DNA of 64,000 nucleotides from Mobula birostris (Eukaryota): the NCBI RefSeq assembly GCF_030028105.1, contig NC_092370.1, forward strand, positions 114,354,443 to 114,418,442, given 5' to 3'. Within the stretch, counting starts at the first letter, position 1; the number at the start of each line of letters is the position of its first letter. The notes beneath the pieces were generated by a model that worked only from the letters and a program-made list of their open reading frames with translations, was not told where the DNA came from and ran no database searches. Positions 1 through 10,350 of this stretch are shown here, piece by piece. Both the position numbers and the translations under genes were made by a program.

Positions 1-164
1 GTAATCAAATACTGTTCTGTTATCAAAAGCATGCACTCTCACCTCCTCCCTAGAGTACAGTTCTTTAGTCCCTGTTTTGTGTTGTAAATAGCCAGATTGG
101 ATTTGTCCGGCTTTATATGAACAGGACATCACTAGGCAATTTTACTTGTTTACTTAGCCATACA

Positions 165-420
165 GTGCCGATTAGGCCCTTCCGGATCTTCAAGTCTCGC
201 TGCCACAGCGACCCATGACAACCTCGATGAACCCTAACCTAATCACAGGACAATTTACAATGATCAGTTAACCTACTCGGTATGTCTTTGGACAGTGAGA
301 GGAAACCGGAGCACCCGAGGAAAACCCATGCATTCCAGGGCAGGACCTACAGAGACTCCCTACAGACTGCGGCAGACAGAATTCTAAATTCCGACACATT
401 GAGTTGTAACAGCGTCGGTC
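165..420 (-). mobile_element. V-SINE (HE1-like) fragment; related copies near 13490-13620, 14690-14900, 15740-16000, 39380-39480, 40420-40600, 42680-42930
   Basis: GAGGAAACCGGAGCACCCG(A/G)GGAAAACCCA is the reverse complement of the conserved V-SINE central domain. Confidence 0.7.
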
Positions 421-892
421 TCGTGGATCGTAATTTTTCCTCCTAATTAGTTGATACTGTAACTGACTGAAAGCAGCTCACCTAAAGGCATAACAGGTTC
501 TTCACCACAGGTGTTCATAACTGCAGTACGGATATTGACTTATCTCAAAGCGTTTGCGGAATCCAGTTCTCTCAGTCGTGAACAAATTCAGAACTGTATT
601 CCCTGCGACCTGTACGATGCCCATGACAGTGTTGCAGGTTCCTGCAATGTTCCGTGCTCAGTGCACTCTAACAAACAACTTGGTCCACGTTTCCTGCAAT
701 GGGCGAATCAGGGACGGGCTGCAACCTCGTCACTAAAATGGAGAAATTCCCTTCTTTCTAATGGAATTGCGGACACTTCAGGAGCGTCAGCTTCTCTCCC
801 TGCCTCTTGAGCACAGCCCAACTCCTGCCCGGCAGTTATAGGTAAGCTGCAGCGTCCGGATCCGCGGTTCCCTTTGACTGGCTATTCGTCGA

Positions 893-930
893 GGTTTTTG
901 TGCTGAGCTTGTTATCAATTACATACTGTG
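893..930 (-). other. RSS of V1 (23-type with a 22-bp spacer)
   Basis: Minus strand reads CACAGTA (924-930), 22 nt (902-923), ACAAAAACC (893-901). Confidence 0.92.
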
Positions 931-1356
931 TAAACCCAGTAGGCGCAGTAATACGTGGCAGCGCTTTCAGCGTTAACTTCGATTGTGAGATAGAATTCGG
1001 TAGCTGATGTTTTTCCCGCGTTGAAGGATTTTCCGAATTCCGAATCCCGCGTTACGCTATCTCCATAGTAGAGTATCCTTTGGAGCGGTTTGCCGGGTTT
1101 CTGTTGGTACCAGTGAAGTGGATTACTGCTGCTGACGGAGATGTCTTTCACTTGACACCGAACGCTCACAGCTTTTCCGACAGGTACGGTAATCGATGCT
1201 CTGGACTGACTGAGGGTCTGAGCCACACTTCTACCTGCAAAAAGAGCAGAAAACTGTTAAAATAATCTGCGCGGCGGGAAGGAGCGATAAAAGTTGAAGA
1301 CGCGTCGGTAACTCACAGCTGAAAAGCAGCACCACGAACCAGGGACCCTGCCACAT
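931..1356 (-). CDS. TRGV: TCR gamma V segment 'V1', apparently functional (leader exon 1317-1356, intron 1235-1316, V exon 931-1234)
   Basis: Leader MWQGPWFVVLLFS ends at a phase-1 GTGAGT donor, and the ttttgcAG acceptor gives in-frame CRSVAQTLSQ...RCQV...LHWYQQKPG...LQRILYY...ATYYCAYWV. Both conserved Cys and the Trp are present. The YYCAxW end and QRILYY motif are typical of TRGV. No stop codons; RSS follows directly. Confidence 0.9.
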
Positions 1357-1466
1357 GCTTGTTGCGCCGGGTCAGTGTTTGGAATCTAAGAGGAAGGCAG
1401 GTTATCAGCTTTTGTTTTCGAGGCTGAACCCGCCTCAGTTCCTACCCCACCTTGTCCAAACCACTT

Positions 1467-1474
1467 ATTTGCAT
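1467..1474 (-). promoter_or_regulatory. Octamer motif (ATGCAAAT on the sense strand) in the V1 promoter
   Basis: ATTTGCAT on the plus strand, about 110 bp upstream of the ATG, with a GGGGCGGGGC GC box near 1515. The motif is seen directly; its function is inferred. Confidence 0.5.
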
Positions 1475-1849
1475 GAAGCTGATAGCGCCGCCTTTCTTAG
1501 GGAACGGCTGCCAGGGGCGGGGCACGCCACAGTTCATTTCTTCCTTTTATAATTTGGGGAGGTTGGCTTGAATATCCCTCAATGTCACTCGACCTCTCGG
1601 TCCTGTTTGTACAATTTATTCGGATTAAAACTAATCTTTATCTTAAACAAGACCAGGAAATTATGGAAACACACAGCAAGCCAGGCAATATTAGTGGAGT
1701 GATGCAGATTTAAAGTTTCCGGTCGAATTTTCAGAAATATATCTACCAACGTTATCCTCTGGTCTTTACCAATCTCGTTCTACCTCCTAGATCCCGACTG
1801 TCAGTAAAACCCTCCTGTCTCTTGCCGAAACCTCTCAGTATGATCTCCT

Positions 1850-2150
1850 CAACTTTCTCGTTTGCGTGGGCACTGGATCCGGAGCGCCGCCTTCATGTCA
1901 ACGTTTGCTTGTTCATCTCTGCGCCCTGTTGAAGCAGAGTCCCCTAATATGTCTTCGATGGCGGGGATGGTTGTGGCCGTGAGGGAGCTGGTTGAGTCGA
2001 CAACCCTCTACAACCTCTTGTATTGCAGGCGCCAAACAAGCTGAATATTCTCCGTGGTATATCTGTAAGAGTACTGCCGGAGTCTCTGCTGACACACCAC
2101 ACCTCCTCAAACTCCGAATGGTGACATCTGCGGTTTCGCCATGTTACTCT
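1850..2150 (-). mobile_element. Rex/Babar-type LINE RT C-terminal fragment (paralogous copy about 45060-45500)
   Basis: Frameshifted translation RRCGVSAET..LQIYHG....RVVDSTSSLTATTIPAIEDI resembles the C-terminus of Rex1/Babar ORF2. Confidence 0.6.
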
Positions 2151-2349
2151 GTGTATAGACTGCTCTCTAACTTGTCCCTGATGGAAGCGCTGAGTTTTTC
2201 CTCACCCTGCCTCACCCTCGCAGCTGATTTCCTACCTCACTGTCATTGATATTAATGAGCCTCGTAGTGTCCACAGTGCTGCCAAACGTCTCCCTGATGG
2301 GACGTCGTAATCGAGCTCACATTTACCAGTAGCGCTGGCAATTCATTCT

Positions 2350-5300
2350 ACTCCCCAGTGAATCTCTGACTGTAGAAGTTTCCCTTCATGTTCCTCTTAA
2401 ACTTTTCACCTTTCACTCTTAACCAATCACCTCTGGTTGTGGACACACCCAACCTTAGTGGGAAAAGCCAGTCTATACCCTTCATACTTTTGTATAGTCT
2501 TTCAAATCTCTGCTCCACCTTCGATATTCCAAGGACTAACCTATTCAATCTTTCCAGTTAAAAACATAGAAACATAGAAAATAGTTGAAGGAGTAGGCCA
2601 ATGGGTTCTTCGAGCCTGCACCGCCATTCGGTATGATCATGGCTGATCATCCAACTCAGAAGGTCCTAACCTATTCAATCTTTCCTTATAATTCAGGTTC
2701 TCTAGTCCTGGAAATATCCTGGTAATTTTTATCTTCATTCCTTCAGCCGTTCCTGCAGGTAGGTGACCAAAACTGCGCACAATACTCCATATTAGGCTTG
2801 ACGAACATCTTATGCAACTTCAACTTAACATCTCATCCTGTGTACTGAATTCTTTATTGTACGAAGGTCAACGTATTCAAAGTTTTCGTTGTAGACATAT
2901 CTACCCGTGACGCCACTTTCAATAAATTACGGAACTGTATCCCCAGATCCCTTTGTCTACAACACTCCTCAGACCTACCTTATTTGGCCCTAACGAAGTG
3001 CAACACCTCGCACTTGACCGCATTAAATTCTACCCGAATTTTTCCGGCCATTCTCCAGCTGGTCCGGATCCTGCTACAATTCTAATAGTCATCCTCGCTG
3101 TTCACAACACTTCCAATCTTGCTGTCATTCGCAAATTTGCTGATTTAGTTAATCACATTATCCTCCAGATTCTTGCTACAAATGACAATGAACAGACCCA
3201 ACATCGATCCCTGCAGCACGCCACTAGTCAAATGTCTCCAATCAGAGAGGAAACCATCTGTACTACTCTGTGGTTTCTCCCACAAAGATAATGTCTAAGC
3301 TAATTTAGTACCTCATCTTGATTGCCAAACAATTGAACCTTCACGACCAACCTTCCATGCGGGACCTTGTTAAATGTCTCACTGACCTCCATGTAGACAG
3401 CATCCACTGACTTGCTTTCGTCAACATTCGTGGTAACCTCCGAGCAAATCTCGACAAGATTAGCTAAGCACAATTTACCAGGCAAAAAAACACGCTGACT
3501 GTGCCTAATCAGTCCATATCTATCCAAATACTCATATGTCCGATCTCTTAGAATACTATCCAATAAATTTCCTATTACTAATGTCAGACTCACCAGTCAA
3601 TATTTCCTGCTTTACACTTAGAGCCTTTCTTAAACAGCACAACAACATTAGCTACCCTCCAATCTTCCAGTATCCCACCTGTCGTTAACGATTATCTAAA
3701 TATCTCTGCTTGGGACCTGCAATTTGTGCACTCTCCTCCCACAGGGTTCAAAAGAACTCTTTTTCAGTCCCTGGGAATTTATCCACATATTTTGCTCAGG
3801 ACAGCAAACACCGCCTCCTCTGTAATCTGTTCATGGTCCATGACCTTGCCGCAGATTTGTCTCACTCCCAAAGACTCTGTGTCCACCTCTTGAGTAAATA
3901 CAGATGCAAAGACGAAATCCATTTAAGAATCTCCTATCTCGTTTGGCTGCACGGATAGATTACCATTCTGATCTTCCAGAGGATCAATTTTGTCCCTTGC
4001 GAACCTCTTGCTCTTAACGTATCTGCAGAATCCCTTAGGATGCTCCTTCAGCTTGTTGCTAAGCCAACTTCATGCTTTCTTTTCCTTCCTGTTTTATTGT
4101 TACATATTCTCTTACATTTCTAATACACAATACGTACCTCATCTGTTCCTACCTGCAATGCACCTTTTTTTTTTGAACCAGGCCTCCATATCACTTGAAA
4201 ACCAAGTTTCCCTACATCTGTTATCTTTACCGTTTATTCTGACAGGCCTGTACGAGCTTTGCATTCCCGGAATTTCACTTCTGAAGGCCACCTACTTACC
4301 TGGAACACCTTTGCAGAATCAACCTGTCCGAATTCATACTTGCCAGATCCTTTCTGATACCATCAAAATTGGCCTTTGCCCAATTTAGAATCTCGACCCA
4401 CGAACCAGACCTATCATTTTCCATATTTACGTTGAAACTAACAGCATTATGATGACTAGATGCAAAGTTTTCCCCTACGTAAACTTCGATCACCAACCCT
4501 GATTCATTCCCTGAAAGAAGATCAAGTATCGCACAATCTCTCATCGCACAATCGTCTACGTACTCAGTAAGGGTAGTTTCCTAAACGCATATGAGAAACT
4601 CAATCCCATCTCGTCTTTTTACAGTATGGGAGTCATACTCAATATGTGGAAAGTTAAAATCACATACTATTACAACGTTATGTTTCTCGTAACAGTCTAC
4701 GATTTGTTCATCTAAACCTCGGTGATTGTTGGGTGGTTAAGGCGTTGGGTGGTTGGAAAGTTAAAGGCACCTACTACAGTTGCAAGAAACAAGCTCATGC
4801 AACAGTCTGCGATGTCTCCTCAGATTTTCCCTGACTGGTAACGCCATCCCTGCCTCTTTAATCTCTCCCACCCTTTCACGTCAAAAACAAAGGAACTCGG
4901 AATATTGAGCTGCCAATCCTGCACCTTCTACAACAAGTCTCACTAATACCTACGATATCATAATTCCATGCATTGATCCAAGCTCTGAGCTCATCTACCT
5001 TTCCTACAGTACATCTTGCATTGAAATATATGCAGCTTAGAATTTTGGTCTCTCTATGCTTAAATTTTTAATTCCTGAATTCATCAGAGGTCTTAACAAT
5101 CTCTCCCCACAACCCCTCCACTATCTTCGCTGGTACCTTGGTTCCCATCCGCTTCCCATGTCTTATTTTAATTTGTTCTTGCCAATCAATCTCAATCGCT
5201 AATTGGCCGCTGTTCACAAACCAAACTGCCACCAATCGATGCCCTATGTAATCAATCGGCGAACCCGAATGAGCTTTGTCTTCTCACTCTGATTGACCTC

Positions 5301-5550
5301 TGTTCAAAGTTGTGAGAAAAATTCAGCTGATTGGATTATATTAGTGCAGAGAGACAGGGCTAACTTTTTACTTCAATGGACTTACATCAGCTTCTCTGTT
5401 ACTTAATGAAATAATCGATTATATAAATTAAATCCAATTTGAATTTTACAAGCCCGTGCTCGCTCACCTGCATATAAGTGCCTGTTGAGTTTGTTCTTTA
5501 TCTTTGATTCTAACTTTTACCGATGTTGCTATCAAACTGATTGGTCAATA
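2350..5550 (-). mobile_element. Degraded CR1-clade LINE (endonuclease, RT and probable 5' region)
   Basis: Fragments HSQRVFLPGKLCLANLVE..VDAVYMEVSETFNKVPHGRL and LDLLSGNESG..VGENFASSHHNAVSF; collinear with 48400-52440. Confidence 0.85.
2561..2660 (-). mobile_element. 3'-end-only CR1 insertion (same family as 6581-8639)
   Basis: AAACATAGAAACATAGAAAATAG tail plus 3' UTR matching 6581-6670; flanked by a duplicated 20-mer at 2536-2555 and 2666-2685. Confidence 0.75.
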
Positions 5551-6129
5551 GTTTCTAGGAAAATGCATCCACTTCTCACTAAACAAAGGTGTCACGGTCC
5601 TCTGGTCGCCTTACCCTGGGGAAATGTATTATGATGGCAACTCTCTGTATTGTTTGACTACAGTTTCTTCAGGAATTCTGGGTGCAAGCCATCTGGACCA
5701 GGTGTCTTATCCACTTCCAGCTTTTCCTGCCTTTCCAGCGCATTCTACTAATAAATATTCAACCCGCCCACTGCGCCTACCATCCTGACTTCCAGGGGTG
5801 TGTGTCAGCATCTTTTTTTTAGTAAGTACCTCTATGAAAGGAGAAATTCTGTGGATGCTGGAAATCCAAAGCAACACTCGGAACATGCTGGAGGTATTTG
5901 TCAGGTCAGGTAGCATCTGTGGAAATGAACTAGAACTAGGGACTATCTTGAAACTAGAGCTGAACTTTGAACTAGACTTAGAGCTAACGGTGCTAATCGG
6001 ACAAGAGAACGAAATATCACATGAGAACAGACCAACAAACTGGCAACCTGTGATAGGGACGGCATCGTACTAATTTCACAGTCCCTGATGAAAACCTTGT
6101 GTACTGTAATCAAGTAAACTAGCAACAAT

Positions 6130-9100
6130 TGGAAATCTAATGACTGAAATTAGAGCATGATCAGGGAGAAAGGAGCGTTATAAGGGGAACAGCCAAACGA
6201 AACCATGACATATTTGTGTGGAGTTCTGCATAGGTACGTTCCAATGAGACAGGGAAAGGGTGGCAGGGTACATGAACCGTGGTGTATAAAGGCTGTTGTA
6301 AATCTAGTCAAAAAGAAAAGATGAGCTTACAACAGGTTCTAAAAACCAAGTAATGATAGAGATCTTGAAGATTACAAGGCTAGCACGAAGGAGCTTAAGA
6401 ACGACATTAGGAGAGCTAGAAGAGGCTGTGAAAATGCCTTGGCGGACAGGATGAAGGAAAACCACAAGGCATTCTACAAATATGTGAATAACAAGAGGAT
6501 AAGACGTGAGAGAATAGGACCAATCAAGTGTGACAGTAGAAAAATGTGCATGGAACCGGAGGAGATAGCAGAGGCATTTAGAAACATAGAAAATAGGTGC
6601 AGGAGTAGGCCATTCGGCCCTTCGAGCCTGCACCGCCATTTATAATGATCATGGCTGATCATCCAACTCAGAACACCGCCCCAGCCTTCCCTCCATACCC
6701 CCTGACCCCCGTAGCCACAAGGGCCATATCTAACTCCCTCTTAAATATAGCCAATGAACTGGCCTCAACTGTTTCCTGTGGCAGAGAATTCCACAGATTC
6801 ACCACCCTCTGCGTGAAGAAGTTTTTCCTAATCTCGGTCCTAAAAGGCTTCCCCTCTATGCTCAAACTGTGACCCCTTGTTCTGGACTTCCCCAACATCG
6901 GGAACAATCTTCCTGCATCTAGCCTGTCCAATCCCTTTAGGATCTTATACGTTTCAATCAGATTCCCCCTCAATCTTCTAAATTCCAACGAGTACAAGCC
7001 CAGTTCATCCAGTCTTTCTTCATATGAAAGTCCTGCCATCCCAGGAATCAATCTGGTGAACCTTCTCTGTACTCCCTCTATGGCAAGGATGTCTTTCCTC
7101 AGATTAGGGGACCAAAACTGCACACAATACTCCAGGTGTCGTCTCACCAAGGCCTTGTACAACTGTAGTAGTACCTCCCTGCTCCTGTACTCAAATCCTC
7201 TCGCCATAAATGCCAGCATACCATTCCCCTTTTTCACTGCCTGCTGTACCTGCTTGCCCACTTTCAGTGACTGGTGTATAATGACACCCAGGTCTCGTTG
7301 CACCTCCCCTTTTCCTAATTGGCCACCATTCAGATAATAATCTGTTTTCCTATTTTTGCCACCAAAGTGGATAACTTCACATTTATCCACATTAAATTGC
7401 ATCTGCCATGAATTTGCCCACTCACCCAACCTATCCAAGTCACCCTGCATCCTCTTAGCATCCTCCTCACAGCTAACACTGCCACCCAGCTTCGTGGCAT
7501 CCGCAAACTTGGAGATGCTGCATTTAATTCCCTCATCCAAGTCATTAATATATATTGTAAACAACTGGGGGCCCAGCACTGAGCCTTGTGGTACCCCACT
7601 AGTCACCGCCTGCCATTCTGAAAAGGTCCCGTTTATTCCCACTCTTTGCTTCCTGTTTGCTAACCAACTCTCCACCCACACCAATACCTTACCCCCAATA
7701 CCGTGTGCTTTAAGTTTGCACACTAATCTCCTGTGTGGGACCTTGTCAAAAGCCTTCTGAAAATCCAAATATACCACATCCACTGGTTCTCCCCTATCCA
7801 CTCTACTAGTTACATCCTCAAAAAATTCTATGAGATTCGTCAGACATGATTTTCCTTTCACAAATCCATGCTGACTTTGTCCGATCATTTCACCGCTTTC
7901 CAAATGTGCTGTTCTCACATCCTTGATAACTGACTCCAGCAGTTTCCCCACCACCGACGTTAGGCTAACCGGTCTATAATTCCCCGGTTTCTCTCTCCCT
8001 CCTTTTTTAAAAAGTGGAGTTACATTAGCCACCCTCCAATCCTCAGGAACTAGTCCAGAATCTAACGAGTTTTGAAAAATTATCACTAATGCATCCACTA
8101 TTTCTTGGGCTACTTCCTTAAGCACCCTGGGATGCAGACCATCTGGCCCTGGGGATTTATCTGCCTTCAATCCCTTCAATTTACCTAACACCACTTCCCT
8201 ACTAACATGTATTTCGCTCAGTTCCTCCATCTCACTAGACCCTCTGTCCCCTACTATTTCTGGAAGATTATTTATGTCCTCCTTAGTGAAGACAGAACCA
8301 AAGTAATTATTCAATTGGTCTGCCATGTCCTTGCTCCCCATAATCAATTCACCTGTTTCTGTCTGCAGGGGACCTACATTTGTCTTTACCAGTCTTTTCC
8401 TTTTTACATATCTATAAAAACTTTTACAGTCCGTTTTTATGTTGCCTGCCAGTTTTCTCTCATAATCTTTTTCCCCCTTCCTAATTAAGCCCTTTGTCCT
8501 CCTCTGCTGAACTCTGAATTTCTCCCAGTCCTCAGGTGAGCCACTTTCTCTGGCTAATTTGTATGCTTCTTCTTTGGAATTGATACTATCCCTAATTTCT
8601 CTTGTCAGCCACGGGTGCACTACCTTCCTTGATTTATTCTTTAATGAATAATTTGCTTCAGTTTTCACTACAGAAAAGGATATTGATGATTGTAGGGATG
8701 ACTTACAGCGGACAGAAAAGCTTGAGCAAATAGGTATTAAGAAAGAGGCTGTGCTGGAGCTTTTGGAAAGCATCAAGTTGGGTAAGTCACAGGACCGGAC
8801 GAGATGTACCCCAGGCTAATGTGGAAGGTGAGAGAGGAGATTGCTGAGCCTCTGGTGATGATCTTTGCATTATTAATGAGGACGGGAGAGGTACCAGAGG
8901 ATTGGAGGCTTGCAGATGTTGTTCCCTTTTTCAAGAAAGGGAGTAGAGATAGCGCAGAAATTATAGACCAGTGAGACCTACTTCAGTGGTTGATAAGTTG
9001 ATGGAAAAGATTCTGAGAGGCAGGATTGATGAACATTTGGAGAGAATTAATATGATTAGAAAATAAAATGATCAGCATGGTCTTATCAAAAGCAGATCGT

Positions 9101-10350
9101 GCCTTACGAGCCTGATTGAATTTTTTGAGGATGTGATTAAAGACATTGATGAATGTAGAGCAGTAGATGTAGTGTATATGCATTTCAGCAATGCATTTGA
9201 TAAGGTACACAGTGCAAGGCTGATTGAGAAAGTAAGGAGGCATGGAATCCAAGGAGACATTGCTTTGTGGATCCAGAACTGGCTTGCCCACAGAAGGCAA
9301 AGAGTGGTTGTAGATGGGTCATATTCTGCATGGAGGCCGGTGACCAGAGGTGCTCCTCAGGGATCTGTTCTGGGACCCTTAGTCATCGTGATTTTTATAA
9401 ATGACATGGATGATGAAGTGGAGGGATGGGTTAGTAAAATTGCGGATGACACAAAGGTTGGAGGTGTTGTGGATGGTGTGGACGGCTATCAGAGGTTACA
9501 GTGGGATATCAATAGGATGCAAAACTGGGCTGAGCAGTGGTAGATGGAGTTCAACCCAGATAAGTGTGAGGTAGTTCATATTGGTAGGTCAAATATGAAG
9601 GCAGAATATATCATTAATGGTAAGACTCCTGGCAGTGTGGAGGATCAGAAGGATTTGGGTTCAGAATTCATAGGACACTCAATGCTGCTACGCATGTTGA
9701 CTCTGTGGTTAAGAAGGCATACGGTGCATGGCCTTCATCAATCGTGGGATTGAGATTAGGAGCCGAATAGTAATGCTGCATCTATATAGGTCCCTGGTCA
9801 GACACTACCTGGAGTACTGTGCTCAGTTCTGGTCGCCTCACTGCAGGAAGAATATGGAATCCACAGAAAGAGTTCAGAGGAGATTCACAAGAACGTTGCC
9901 TGGATTGGGGAGCATGCCTTCTGTGAATGCGTTGAGCGAACTCGGCCTTTTCTCCTTGGAGCGAAGGAGAATAAGAGGTGAACTGATAGAGGTGGATACG
10001 ATGCTGAGACGCATTGATTATGTGGATAGTCAGAGGTTTTTTCCCAGGGCTGAAATGGCTAACACGAGAGGGCACAGATTTAAGGTGCTTGGAAGTACGT
10101 ACAGAGGATATGTCAGGGGTATTTTTTTTTTTTACGCAGAGAGTGGTGAGTGCGTGGAATGGGCTGCCAGCGACGGTGGTGGAGGCGGATACGATAGGGT
10201 ATTTTAAGAGACTCCTGGATAGGTACATGGTGCTTAGAAAAATAGAGGGCTATGGGTAACCCTAGGTAATTTCTAAAGTAAAGACATGTTCGGCACCGCT
10301 TTGTGGGCCGAAGGGCCTGCATTGTAGGCTTTCTTTGTTTCTATGTTTCT
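6130..10350 (+). mobile_element. Older CR1 LINE, split by the insertion at 6581-8639
   Basis: ...EPEEIAEAF|NE.FASVFTTEKD continues across the insertion; RT fragments VDVVYMHFSNAFDKV, GAPQGSVLGP, SKIADDTKVGG; TTTCTATGTTTCTAT tail near 10340. Confidence 0.9.
6581..8639 (-). mobile_element. Young 5'-truncated CR1 LINE with an uninterrupted RT reading frame
   Basis: Accounts for most of the 702-aa ORF (KSPGPDG, NYRPVSLTS, DFQKAFDKVPH, GVPQGSVLGP, FADATK). Has a CR1 3' UTR and microsatellite tail, with TTTA duplicated at 6577-6580 and 8640-8643. Confidence 0.95.

Noticed and set aside
931-1356. Assignment of the V segments to IgH, IgNAR, TCR alpha/delta or TCR beta
   Set aside because: The YYCAxW ends, (L/I)HWY and QR(I/L)LY(Y/F) motifs fit TRGV better; a phylogenetic test would be needed to be definitive.
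5586-6130. Possible additional LTR starting TGTCACGGTCC
   Set aside because: No matching right terminus or TSD could be identified.
6668-8776. 702-aa ORF as a host gene
   Set aside because: It is CR1 reverse transcriptase; its first ~46 residues are antisense read-through from the older LINE it inserted into.
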